Below are positions 1-10,031 of a DNA stretch of 64,000 nt, piece by piece. The stretch's first letter is position 1. Every line of letters starts with the position of its first letter. The notes under the pieces were generated by a model. That model was given only the letters and a program-made list of their open reading frames with translations. It was not told the origin of the DNA and made no database searches. The stretch is from an uncultured cyanobacterium. Lineage in GTDB: Bacteria > Cyanobacteriota > Cyanobacteriia > Cyanobacteriales > Cyanobacteriaceae. The stretch is from positions 96,001-160,000 of the forward strand of contig CAVVOP010000032.1 of assembly GCA_963749915.1 (NCBI GenBank), written 5' to 3'. A program made the position numbers and the translations under genes.

Positions 1-1
1 C

Positions 2-1561
2 CCTGGTGCCAGTGTGGGAGAAACGGTTGCGGCAGTCCTGGTCGATCAGTTCAGTCGCTTACGGGCAGGCGATCGCTTCTACTACGAAAATCACTTCTCT
101 CCCAATGAAATCGCCGCCCTAGAAACCATCAAACTCTCAGACATTATCTTAAGGAACACCGATACTCAGGATATTCAAGGCAATGTCTTCCATTCTGGCG
201 ATATTGAATTGGAGACATTCATCACTCTGCTACCACCTCGTTCCACCTTGGATCTGACCGAGACTATGGATAAGCCTCAGACTTTGACTTTTACCTATAC
301 CGGGGGGAATCTTCTCCTCACTTCCCAGAAAGAAGACAAAGCCAACCTTTGGGGTACTCCAGATGATGATCCTTTCGCCTACGTCATTGTGGCAGATAAG
401 GGGAAACCTGAGAAAATCCTAGAGGGTAAGGCTAGCACATACTTTTCTGGGGAGGTAGCTTGGGGAGAACAATTAATTGCCGATGCAGCGATGGCGGAAA
501 AGAAAAAGTTTAAGTCTGAGACGTTCCTTTTGCTATACGAGGATGAAGCTGCCTATTTGCGGGGGGACAAACCCTTGCAGGTTGCCGAGTATCACACTTC
601 AGGTTCTCAGCCCATGAGTTTGGGTGATGTTGTGGGCGGCTTTACCCTATCAGGTTATGGTGACAAAAACGGAAAAGAAATAGGCTTACCTGCACCTGTA
701 ACAGCTACAGCCAATACCGAGGACGACCTTGAGCTTATGGCTGAAAGTCCTCTGCTAGTAACTTATCAGGTGACCAACCCTGGTCAACTTGTCCTAAAAG
801 CAATTGAGTTATATCCTCAATGGGGAAGCATTCCCCATTGGCTGGGGGGCGATGTCAATGGTAATAATTTACTTGATTCTGGCGAGACTTGGGAATACAT
901 GGCTCTGGCAACGGCATTGCCAGGACAACAGGAAATCAAGATGGAGGTACAGGCGATCGCTACTAATGATACTGGTATTCCTTTGGGGTTACCCAGCCTC
1001 AAAACCAGTGACTCACTCCATTATACGGGTATGCAGGTGGCTCCTACAGGGGAGATGAGTCAAGTCTTGGGAGAGCTCAAAGCTCTTACCTTTCAATATG
1101 TGGCAACTGATACGGTATTAACAGGAGGAAAGGATAATAACCAAGACGGCAAAGCTAAGATTGAAAGCGGTGAACCTGATGACGATTCCAGTGCCTACAT
1201 TGTGGTTTCCCAGAGCAATAATGTGGAGGACATTAAGAAAGGGGACAAGCCATTGTACTTTGCTGGTACCGTGGAGGTTGGTCAATCTTTCACCGCTAGT
1301 TTAGACTTTGCCAATGAAGACAAGTTCGAGAAAGATACACGGATCTTAGTCTTCGAGGATGAAGCAGCCTTCATTGCTGGTGCTGAGCCACTCCAAGTAT
1401 CTAAATATAAGACCGATGGCTCTCAACCGATGACTATCGGTGATGTCATCGGTGCAGTTCAACTAAGGGAATACCAAGGCACGAATGGGGGATACGATGA
1501 TCCTGAACTTGATCCCCTCACTGGTCAAATTGGCACTGGTTTCTCCGTAATTGGTCTTTGA
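2..1561 (+). CDS. C-terminal part (5' end outside window) of an animal-type heme peroxidase family surface protein with two C-terminal repeated domains
   Basis: Frame open from base 2; VGETVAAVLVDQFSRLRAGDRFYYEN...IKLSDIILRNT matches the peroxidase C-terminus; two ~130-aa repeats ending HTSGSQPMSLGD / KTDGSQPMTIGD flank a VTYQVTNPG...GDVNGNNLLDSGETWEY Ig-like domain. Confidence 0.8.
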   Translation, partial: PGASVGETVAAVLVDQFSRLRAGDRFYYENHFSPNEIAALETIKLSDIILRNTDTQDIQGNVFHSGDIELETFITLLPPRSTLDLTETMDKPQTLTFTYTGGNLLLTSQKEDKANLWGTPDDDPFAYVIVADKGKPEKILEGKASTYFSGEVAWGEQLIADAAMAEKKKFKSETFLLLYEDEAAYLRGDKPLQVAEYHTSGSQPMSLGDVVGGFTLSGYGDKNGKEIGLPAPVTATANTEDDLELMAESPLLVTYQVTNPGQLVLKAIELYPQWGSIPHWLGGDVNGNNLLDSGETWEYMALATALPGQQEIKMEVQAIATNDTGIPLGLPSLKTSDSLHYTGMQVAPTGEMSQVLGELKALTFQYVATDTVLTGGKDNNQDGKAKIESGEPDDDSSAYIVVSQSNNVEDIKKGDKPLYFAGTVEVGQSFTASLDFANEDKFEKDTRILVFEDEAAFIAGAEPLQVSKYKTDGSQPMTIGDVIGAVQLREYQGTNGGYDDPELDPLTGQIGTGFSVIGL

Positions 1562-1674
1562 CACTCTCACCGTTAACCCTACGGGTGTAACGGGAGATTC
1601 TTGGCTCACAGACTCTTAACTAGATTAAACAAGTTTAGTTGCTTAACCCCCGTCAGACCGTCTCCACACACGGT
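1558..1674 (-). mobile_element. IS200/IS605-family remnant: tnpB 3' tail, omegaRNA region and right-end hairpin
   Basis: Minus strand 1674-1606 reads TVCGDGLTGVKQLNLFNLVKSL* (resembles cyanobacterial TnpB tails), then AAGAATCTCCCGTTACACCCGTAGGGTTAACGGTGAGAGTGTCAA, a right-end-type hairpin ending TCAA. Confidence 0.75.
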
Positions 1675-1700
1675 TTGGAAAGTTATGAAAATTTCTGGTG

Positions 1701-1784
1701 GGAAGGCAGAGGGCAGAAGGTAATAAATTCGTGAAAATTTTCCTTCTGAATTCTAAATTCTAAATTCTAAATTCTAAATTTCCC
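1701..1784. repeat. STRR-type heptamer repeat element (GGCAGAR units and AATTCTA x4)
   Basis: Tandem heptamers visible; 26-bp AGAGGGCAGAAGGTAATAAATTCGTG at 1708-1733 recurs exactly at 8987-9012. Confidence 0.7.
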
Positions 1785-2361
1785 TAACAATGCCGTTTTC
1801 GGCACTAACCGAGCAGTATTGGTAAGGGTTTCTGTTTTCGTTTTCTCCTTTAAAAGGAGCGGTTAGCCAACTAAATGGACAGAAATCAGAGGATTCCTCC
1901 TTTGTGAAACAATATTGCCTGGGAAGTTTTTCACGGTTTCTAAGGAAAACTTGAACATCGAGTATAAAGTTTCTGTAAAGACTTTATATAAAGATTGTGT
2001 AAAATTCTAGCATTTTTAAAGATTCCGTAAAATACCGGAAAAAACTAGATGTTAAAAAAAAAAGCCTTATACTCAAAAACGAAAATAGGAATTACTTAGA
2101 AAAACTACTTAGGCAGATTACTTACGACAGATCCAAATAAAATTTTTATTTGTGCCATTTGAATGCGATCGCAGCTAATAGTTCAGGTCCTGCGTTGTAG
2201 GCTAATAATGTTGGCTGGAACCTTGTTCAAAGCTTCTAGGGAAACTTGAACATCGAGACAGTCAAGAAAAATGTGTACTCATAACGTATAGTTAACTTTA
2301 AGTAAGTACACTTAACTTTAAGTACGTAAAAAAATTTACTGAATAAGGAATGAAATAGAAG

Positions 2362-5300
2362 ATGGTAAAGATTGGAGGTATTAACCTCGGCAAACTCACG
2401 GAATTTTCGATTTTCGTCTCTGACGGTAGCTCCAAAGCCAAAATTCAATCTTCTTCGCCGGGTTACTCTGGTGATTGGGCGGTCAACGGACTCGTCGCTG
2501 AAGAGGACACTTCTGGCAACTTGGCCTATGGCGGAAACATCTACACGAATGCGACTGGGCCTTCAGCATTCGGGAAATGGCAAGACATCCTGGATAATAA
2601 TGTTGGCCAAGCCTTTGGTGTAACGGGTCAGACAGACCTGATCAATGGCCTCAAATCAACCCTCAATCAGGCGTTCCTGGATATCAATGCGCTACCCGTA
2701 TCTGCTGGATTCAACGGAGTATCAGCTAATTCCCTTAATGGGCTAAATACTACCAATAAGATATCCGAAACTTTTGTTGTTAACATAACCAACTTCAGTG
2801 TCAGTAGTCCGATCAGGATTACGGGCGATCCTGACGATGTCTTCATCTTTCGTTGGGATACGGATGCCAATTTCAGCAATGGTTACGATGGTGAGGTTAA
2901 ATTTTCAGGGGGCAACGGTTTCGTCCCCTTAGGTGGTTTATCTCCCGCTAATTTCATCCACGTTGCCGGGGATATTAACACCTCCGGTGGTGGCAAGCCC
3001 CCCACCGACTTCAATTTTCCCCAGGGTCCCCGCCTCGGCAATGGGCAGGGTGATCTGGTAAGCGGTTCTGAAGATTGGCCTGACAGCCAGGGTGGAGGTT
3101 TCTTTACTGGCTACTGGCTGACCACCGGCAAACCGGACAACGCTCCCGATGCCAACCACTCGGTTTACTGGGGAAAGACTTCAAGCCAGAGCAACGGTCG
3201 AATCGTCGGCGGCTGGTATACCATCACCAATGATTTCACCCTAACATCCGGCACCGCAGCAGTGTATGTTGGTCCCGTCGATTATGGTGATTTACCTCAA
3301 CCCAAGTACAAAACCACTCGGAGCAATAATGGACCAGGCCACGTCATCACCGATACCTTATTCCTGGGCACTAACTTTGACATGGATATTGACCCAGAAG
3401 GGGACGGACAGCCCAATGCTACCGCTACGGGGGATAATCTCGCCAATCTCGACGACGAGACGGCCGTAACCATTCCCACCCTGCTTGCCGGACAGAATGC
3501 AACCTTCAACGTTGAAGTCACGAACAAGACTGGGAAAAATGCCACCCTCTATGGGTTCATTGATTGGAACATGGATGGGGATTTCGCTGACACGGGCGAG
3601 ACGGCAACGAAGATCGTGGCCAATAACACGATGGGGAACGTCACCCTCCCATTCAATGTGCCTGCGAATGCCGTTCTGGGCATGGACTTAGGTGCTCGCT
3701 TCCGCCTCAGTACGGCTACTGGACTGGGACCCACCGATCCGCAAGGAGCCAACGGACCCATCCCCGCACCAGATGGGGAAGTGGAAGACTACCTCGTAAA
3801 GGTACAACAACCTACCGCCAAACTGGGCGACTTCGTCTGGGAAGACCTCAACGCCAACGGCCTGCAAGAAGCGGATGAACCCGGCATCAACGGCGTCACG
3901 GTCAAACTGCTCGACGCCAGCGGTGCAACCCTCCAGACCACCACAACTGGTGCCGGCACCAATGACCCCAACACCCCGGGTGACGAAAGCAACGGCTATT
4001 ACGAATTCAGCGGTCTGACTCCTGGTGTGGGCTACACCGTGATGTTCGTCAATCCAGACGACGAGGGCCCTGATGCCTACATGTTCAGCGAGCCCTTCGC
4101 TCCCACTGGTATGACACCGGCTCAGAACCCAACGACTGACAGCAACGTCATCGATACGATCAATGGCACCACCACTCCGGTGTTCCTCATTCCGGACGAG
4201 TTCGACCGCACCATCGATGCCGGTCTGTTCCGCAAGGGCTCGATCGGGGATTTCGTCTGGAACGACCTCAACGCCAACGGTATCCAGAATGCAGGGGAAC
4301 CCGGCATCAACGGCGTCACGGTCAAACTGCTCGACGCCACCACCGGTGCAACCCTCCAGACCACCACAACTGGTGCCGGCACCAATGACCCCAACACCCC
4401 GGGCGACGAACGCAACGGCTATTACGAATTCACCGGCCTGACTCCCGGTGTGAACTACAAGGTGATGTTCACCCAGCCCGCCGGCTTCAATTCAGTCAGT
4501 CCCTTCCAGGCGGGGAATAATCCCGCCATCGATTCCGATGCCAATCCAGATGATGGCCTGATGTCGGATGTAGTGGTGCTCGAATCGGGGGAATTCAACC
4601 GCACCATCGATGCGGGCTTCTACAACACTGCCAAACTAGGGGATTTCATCTGGGAAGACCTCAACGCCAACGGCCTGCAAGAAGCGGGTGAACCCGGCAT
4701 TAACGGCGTCACGGTCAAACTGCTCGACGCCACCACCGGTGCAATCCTCCAGACCACCACAACTGGTGCCGGCACCAATGACCCCACCACCCCGGGTGAC
4801 GAACGCAACGGCTATTACGAATTCACCGGTCTGACTCCCGGTGTGGGCTACACCGTGATGTTCGTCAATCCAGACGACGAGGGCCCTGATGCCTACATGT
4901 TCAGCAAGCCCTTCGCTCCCACTGGTATGACACCGGCTCAGAACCCAACGACTGACAGCAACGTCATCGATCCGATCAATGGTACCACCACTCCGGTGTT
5001 CCTCACTTCGGGCGAGTTCGACCGCACCATCGATGCCGGTCTGTTCCGCAAGGGCTCGATCGGGGATTTCGTCTGGAACGACCTCAACGCCAACGGCCTG
5101 CAAGAAGCGGATGAACCCGGCATTAACGGCGTCACAGTCAAACTGCTCGACGCCACCACCGGTGCAACCCTCCAGACCACCACAACTGGTGCCGGCACCA
5201 ATGACCCCACCACCCCGGGTGACGAACGCAACGGCTATTACCAATTCACCGGCCTGACTCCCGGTGTGAACTACAAGGTGATGTTCACCCAGCCCGCCGG

Positions 5301-7221
5301 CTTCAATTCAGTCAGTCCCTTCCAGGCGGGGAATAATCCCGCCATCGATTCCGATGCCAATCCAGATGATGGCCTGATGTCGGATGTAGTGGTGCTCGAA
5401 TCGGGGGAATTCAACCGCACCATCGATGCGGGCTTCTACAACACTGCCAAACTGGGGGATTTCGTCTGGCTGGATAAGAACGCCAACGGTATCCAGAATG
5501 CAGGGGAACCCGGCATCAACGGCGTCACGGTCAAACTGCTCGACGCCACCACCGGTGCAATCCTCCAGACCACCACAACTGGTGCCGGCACCAATGACCC
5601 CACCACCCCGGGTGACGAACGCAACGGCTATTACGAATTCACCGGTCTGACTCCCGGTGTGGAGTACAAGGTGATGTTCGTCAATCCAGACGATGAGGGC
5701 CCTGATGCCTATATGTTCAGTCCCCAGTATGCACCCACTGGTGTCGCACCGGGTCAAAACCCAACCATCGACAGCAACGCCGATCCCGAAAATGGCATGA
5801 CAGACATCGTCACCCTTACTTCTGGGGAATTCAACCGCACCATCGATGCCGGTCTGTTCCGCAAGGGTTCGATCCACGCCTTCGGCTTCCTCGATGAGAA
5901 CGGCGACGGCAAATTGAATCACAACGAAGGTGCTTTCCCCGATGATCCGGGCAAGACCCTGGTCCTCCAAGGAGACGTGAACGGCGACGGCATCTCCGAG
6001 ACAGTCACCCAAAAGACTGTGGATGGCATGGCCTCATTCGAAGGGCTGACCCCCGGAACCTATACCCTGAGGGAGTTCCCCATTCCCAACGGCTACACAC
6101 TGACGACGACACCCAACAGACGCACCTTCACCGTGCTCAGCGGCCAGGAACTCGTCTACGCTAATGGAGCGGCGAACCTGCCACCAGGAGATCAGCGCAC
6201 GGAAATCAATATAGGCCGCCGACTACAGTGGGGTAACGCCCCAGAAACAGGGGACCTGGAGATTATCAAGACGGCTAATCGCTACCAAATATCTCCTGGA
6301 GAAAACATAACCTATACTATCACAGTTAGTAACACTGGACAACTCACCGCCACCAATGCTCAGGTGGTAGATATGTTCTCCACCGCCCTGACCAACGTAA
6401 CCTGGACTAGCGAAGCTTTTGACGGAGCCACAAATAATGAGGCCAATGGAAGTGGCGATATTGACGACTTGGTGACCCTGCCATCGGGCAGCCGCATCAC
6501 CTATACAGTCGTGGGTACGTTAGCTCCAGTCAACGAGCTATCTGAATTTAGCCTGTTCGACACAGGGGTTAACGGTACCAACCTAGGTCAGAGCATTACT
6601 ACTCTTAACGGCGTTACAGCTGACGCTTTCTACTACAATGGCCCTGCTGATTATCAGGCCACCAACAATGTCACAGACACTGTCCTCTGGCAACGGAATC
6701 AAAGAAACGATCGCGGACTTGGGGTTATTTCTGATGGCGAGACCTTACCTACAAATAACGGCGATGTCAACGAGATCAGCAACCAGCTAAACAAAGACGT
6801 TCTCCGACTGGCTAAAGCCGATGAAGACCAATGGCGTGCCCTTTGGGTCTCTTCTCTCGATCAAAACGGTACTGGAGGCGCTGAAAAAGGAAGGGTTTAC
6901 TGGTCTAACGATCCTACTCCCAACCTAGATACACTAATAAATGGCGGACAATCATTTGCCTTTGAGTATGGCGACTTCGGCACTAGCGTAGAAGGCAATA
7001 TCCTTACCCTAACCCAGGCATCGGGATTTGATTTGGACGCTGAGTATGTATTCTTCACTGCTGGATTGGGCACAACCGATACTGGTACTAATAACGATTA
7101 CCTTGTCTGGCAAGCAACAACAACATTGACTAACACGGCAATGGTAACACCACCCCCTGGTTTCACCGACAATAACCCTAACAATAACATGAGTACAGTT
7201 ATGACTGAGATTGTCTTCTAA
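2362..7221 (+). CDS. Large GC-rich surface/adhesin protein: DUF3494-like N-terminus, GEVED domain, five SdrD B-like domains, DUF11-like domain
   Basis: DYGDLP...DGEVEDY (GEVED); five LGDFVWxDxNANG...IDAG units; GDLEIIKT...ITYTITVSNTG...DNNPNNN (DUF11-like). Confidence 0.85.
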   Translation: MVKIGGINLGKLTEFSIFVSDGSSKAKIQSSSPGYSGDWAVNGLVAEEDTSGNLAYGGNIYTNATGPSAFGKWQDILDNNVGQAFGVTGQTDLINGLKSTLNQAFLDINALPVSAGFNGVSANSLNGLNTTNKISETFVVNITNFSVSSPIRITGDPDDVFIFRWDTDANFSNGYDGEVKFSGGNGFVPLGGLSPANFIHVAGDINTSGGGKPPTDFNFPQGPRLGNGQGDLVSGSEDWPDSQGGGFFTGYWLTTGKPDNAPDANHSVYWGKTSSQSNGRIVGGWYTITNDFTLTSGTAAVYVGPVDYGDLPQPKYKTTRSNNGPGHVITDTLFLGTNFDMDIDPEGDGQPNATATGDNLANLDDETAVTIPTLLAGQNATFNVEVTNKTGKNATLYGFIDWNMDGDFADTGETATKIVANNTMGNVTLPFNVPANAVLGMDLGARFRLSTATGLGPTDPQGANGPIPAPDGEVEDYLVKVQQPTAKLGDFVWEDLNANGLQEADEPGINGVTVKLLDASGATLQTTTTGAGTNDPNTPGDESNGYYEFSGLTPGVGYTVMFVNPDDEGPDAYMFSEPFAPTGMTPAQNPTTDSNVIDTINGTTTPVFLIPDEFDRTIDAGLFRKGSIGDFVWNDLNANGIQNAGEPGINGVTVKLLDATTGATLQTTTTGAGTNDPNTPGDERNGYYEFTGLTPGVNYKVMFTQPAGFNSVSPFQAGNNPAIDSDANPDDGLMSDVVVLESGEFNRTIDAGFYNTAKLGDFIWEDLNANGLQEAGEPGINGVTVKLLDATTGAILQTTTTGAGTNDPTTPGDERNGYYEFTGLTPGVGYTVMFVNPDDEGPDAYMFSKPFAPTGMTPAQNPTTDSNVIDPINGTTTPVFLTSGEFDRTIDAGLFRKGSIGDFVWNDLNANGLQEADEPGINGVTVKLLDATTGATLQTTTTGAGTNDPTTPGDERNGYYQFTGLTPGVNYKVMFTQPAGFNSVSPFQAGNNPAIDSDANPDDGLMSDVVVLESGEFNRTIDAGFYNTAKLGDFVWLDKNANGIQNAGEPGINGVTVKLLDATTGAILQTTTTGAGTNDPTTPGDERNGYYEFTGLTPGVEYKVMFVNPDDEGPDAYMFSPQYAPTGVAPGQNPTIDSNADPENGMTDIVTLTSGEFNRTIDAGLFRKGSIHAFGFLDENGDGKLNHNEGAFPDDPGKTLVLQGDVNGDGISETVTQKTVDGMASFEGLTPGTYTLREFPIPNGYTLTTTPNRRTFTVLSGQELVYANGAANLPPGDQRTEINIGRRLQWGNAPETGDLEIIKTANRYQISPGENITYTITVSNTGQLTATNAQVVDMFSTALTNVTWTSEAFDGATNNEANGSGDIDDLVTLPSGSRITYTVVGTLAPVNELSEFSLFDTGVNGTNLGQSITTLNGVTADAFYYNGPADYQATNNVTDTVLWQRNQRNDRGLGVISDGETLPTNNGDVNEISNQLNKDVLRLAKADEDQWRALWVSSLDQNGTGGAEKGRVYWSNDPTPNLDTLINGGQSFAFEYGDFGTSVEGNILTLTQASGFDLDAEYVFFTAGLGTTDTGTNNDYLVWQATTTLTNTAMVTPPPGFTDNNPNNNMSTVMTEIVF
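3817..5874 (+). repeat. Intragenic tandem duplication with 813-816 bp period (A-B-A-B-A' SdrD-B units)
   Basis: GCCAAACT unit starts at 3817, 4630 and 5446; DNA of corresponding units is near-identical. Confidence 0.95.
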
Positions 7222-7264
7222 CAATCATTTAGTTTGTTATTGGCAATATCTTAGGGAGTCTTTT

Positions 7265-7291
7265 AAAGGCCAGCTGCCATAGCTGGCTTTT
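7265..7291 (+). terminator. Intrinsic terminator after the adhesin gene
   Basis: AAAGGCCAGCT-GCCAT-AGCTGGCTTTT hairpin between convergent genes. Confidence 0.65.
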
Positions 7292-7400
7292 GATAATCGG
7301 TGGTGCAATACTGCTCAGTTAAGGCTAGAATTTATGTTGCGAGGCAATTTTAGAATTTAGCCCCTCAGGGAATCTCTCTGCCTTTCAACTCCTGCCTTCT

Positions 7401-8822
7401 TTAACTTGCCCGTTTATAGGCCTCGTCTAATACTTCCGAGAGGGTGGGATGAGCGTGAATATTAAAGGCTAGGTTATGCACAGATTCACGGTTGGCGATC
7501 GCATTTGCCGCTTCTTGAATTAAATCTGAAGCATGAATCCCGATAATATGGACACCTAGTAACTCTCCTGTCTCTTTACGGTAAATAATCTTAGCCATTC
7601 CGTCGGTTTCTCCTTCGGCTAAGGCCTTAGAATTGCCTTTAAAATAAGTTTTAGCCGTTGCCACCTCAAATTTTTCATTTTTACCTAATTCTTTAGCTTG
7701 AGGCTCATTTAAACCGACATAGCTAATTTCAGGATGAGTGAATGCCGCCGCAGGAATACTGCGATAATCAATGGTTTTTTTGTTACCGCACATATTCTCC
7801 ACAGCCACGATACCTTGCCCTGAAGCCGCATGGGCCAACATCATTTTACCGTTAGCATCCCCCACCGCCCAAAGATGAGGAACGACTTCACCGTCCTTTA
7901 ATACCTGCATTTTATCGTTAACGGGAATAAAGCCTCTTTCTGTTTCCACTCCCACGTTTTCTAAACCTAGATTTTTTGTTGCTGGAATGCGCCCGGTAGC
8001 CACTAAACAAGCATCGACTTCTAATACTTCTACTACTTCCTTAGTTTTGGCGTCGGTTAACTCGATGGTAACGGGAGTGCCGGGGGTGATTTTTGTGGCA
8101 AAGACTCCAGTATAGGTTTCGATGTCACGACTATTGATTAAAACTCGCTCTGCAATTTTAGCAATATCGGGGTCAAAAGTGGGCATTAATTGATCTAAGG
8201 CTTCAATCATGGTAATTTCACAACCCAAAGCGGTATAAACATCAGCAAATTCTAGGCCAATGTAACCACTACCGATAATTGCCACCCACGGAGGTAAAGA
8301 TTCCAATTTCACCGCTTGATCGCTAGTATAAACGGTCTTACCGTCAATTTCGACACCCCTAGGCACGAAAGGAGTCGACCCTGGACATAACATAATCTCT
8401 TTAGCGGTAATTACTTTTTCACCGGTGTCGGTAATTACGCCGACTTTTTGCGATGCCAAAATTTTACCCCAACCTCTAATAATATCTACCTTTAAACGAG
8501 TTAAACTGTTGGTTAAATCTGATTGAATTTTGCTCACTAAATTATTAGCATGATCTGCAATGACTTGGCGATCGAAACTAACACCCCCAACATTCACCCC
8601 CATAGTCTGTAAATGCTCATTATGGGACAATTCTCTAACTTTACCCGATGCAGCTAATAAGGCTTTAGAAGGGATACAACCACGATTAACACAGGTGCCG
8701 CCCATATCTCCAGCCTCGATGATAGCAGTTTGCAAACCCATTTTAACAGCATGAAGTGCTGCACCATGACCACCAACACCAGCACCGATAATAATTAAAT
8801 CATAATCAAACTTTTTACTCAT
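7401..8822 (-). CDS. lpdA: Dihydrolipoamide dehydrogenase
   Basis: GAGVGG FAD motif, [13 protein letters not shown] redox disulfide, C-terminal HAHPTLSE. Confidence 0.97.
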   Translation of the reverse strand: MSKKFDYDLIIIGAGVGGHGAALHAVKMGLQTAIIEAGDMGGTCVNRGCIPSKALLAASGKVRELSHNEHLQTMGVNVGGVSFDRQVIADHANNLVSKIQSDLTNSLTRLKVDIIRGWGKILASQKVGVITDTGEKVITAKEIMLCPGSTPFVPRGVEIDGKTVYTSDQAVKLESLPPWVAIIGSGYIGLEFADVYTALGCEITMIEALDQLMPTFDPDIAKIAERVLINSRDIETYTGVFATKITPGTPVTIELTDAKTKEVVEVLEVDACLVATGRIPATKNLGLENVGVETERGFIPVNDKMQVLKDGEVVPHLWAVGDANGKMMLAHAASGQGIVAVENMCGNKKTIDYRSIPAAAFTHPEISYVGLNEPQAKELGKNEKFEVATAKTYFKGNSKALAEGETDGMAKIIYRKETGELLGVHIIGIHASDLIQEAANAIANRESVHNLAFNIHAHPTLSEVLDEAYKRAS

Positions 8823-9098
8823 AACACTGAATACTTTAAAATTTTTTGATCAATCAATATAACCTTTCTATTTTAAAGTCGATGTGATGTTTCAGGCAAA
8901 ATAATTAGACTTTGTTTTCAGGTTGAGTAAACAGAGTTACGATTATAAGTAACAGGAATTTTTCAAATCCCCCGCAGTATTGAGAGAGAGGGCAGAAGGT
9001 AATAAATTCGTGTCACTTACCTGTTTTTTTTGTCGTGTTTACGGCGTGGGGCTTCTTTTGACATTTAAGCTAAATTTTGCCGAAATTTTTGAGTTAAA

Positions 9099-9112
9099 CA
9101 ACAAAATTGTTG
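9099..9112. promoter_or_regulatory. SufR-type operator CAAC-N6-GTTG
   Basis: CAACAAAATTGTTG about 90 bp upstream of sufC matches the known cyanobacterial SufR inverted repeat. Confidence 0.75.
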
Positions 9113-9200
9113 CTAAAGTAGCCTAAAATAGATCCTACAGAAAATAAATTTTAATGTAACTTCTATATCCGTTAGTAAAAAAACTGACACTATATTTATT

Positions 9201-9974
9201 ATGAATCAAACTATATTATCAGTGCGTAACTTAACCGCCAGTGTCGATGGCACTCCCATTCTTACAGGGGTAAACTTAGAAATAAAAGCAGGTGAAATAC
9301 ACGCTATTATGGGGCGTAACGGTTCAGGAAAAAGCACTTTTTCTAAAGTATTAAGTGGACATCCTGAGTATGAAGTAACCGGAGGTGAGATAATCTATCT
9401 AGGTGAAAATTTGCTAGAAAAAGAGCCTGAAGAAAGGGCATTAGCAGGTATTTTCTTAGCGTTTCAATATCCTTTAGAAATACCGGGAGTTAGTAACCTC
9501 GACTTTTTAAGAGTGGCATATAACGCCCGTTGCAGACATTTAGGATTAGAAGAATTAGACGCTTTCGACTTTGAAGATTTAGTGGAGCAAAAGTTAGAAG
9601 TAGTAAGAATGAACTCGGCTTTCTTGGCTAGAAGTCTAAATGAAGGGTTTTCCGGCGGCGAAAAAAAACGTAACGAAATTCTGCAAATGGCTTTACTTGA
9701 ACCAACTTTAGGCATTTTAGACGAGATAGATTCAGGTTTAGATATTGATGCTTTGCGCATTGTGTCGGAAGGAGTTAATCAATTACGCACCCCCGATAAT
9801 GCCTTTTTATTAATTACTCATTATCAACGATTACTTGATTATATTACCCCTGATTTTGTTCATGTAATGTATGGGGGCAAAATTGTCATGAGTGGTGATA
9901 AAAATTTGGCTTTAGAGTTAGAGGCAAAAGGTTACGATTTCTTGGAAGAAGAACAATTAGCCCTAAGCAATTAA
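9201..9974 (+). CDS. sufC: Fe-S cluster assembly ATPase SufC
   Basis: [38 protein letters not shown]. Confidence 0.97.
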   Translation: MNQTILSVRNLTASVDGTPILTGVNLEIKAGEIHAIMGRNGSGKSTFSKVLSGHPEYEVTGGEIIYLGENLLEKEPEERALAGIFLAFQYPLEIPGVSNLDFLRVAYNARCRHLGLEELDAFDFEDLVEQKLEVVRMNSAFLARSLNEGFSGGEKKRNEILQMALLEPTLGILDEIDSGLDIDALRIVSEGVNQLRTPDNAFLLITHYQRLLDYITPDFVHVMYGGKIVMSGDKNLALELEAKGYDFLEEEQLALSN

Positions 9975-10031
9975 TAATTAAATAACATAAACTATTGCCT
10001 ATTCCCTATTCCCTTACTTATTACTTAAATT

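Noticed and set aside
2372..6012. Many overlapping alternative-frame ORFs inside the adhesin gene
   Set aside because: Shadows of a GC-rich repetitive CDS; they recur with the 816-bp period and show no independent motifs
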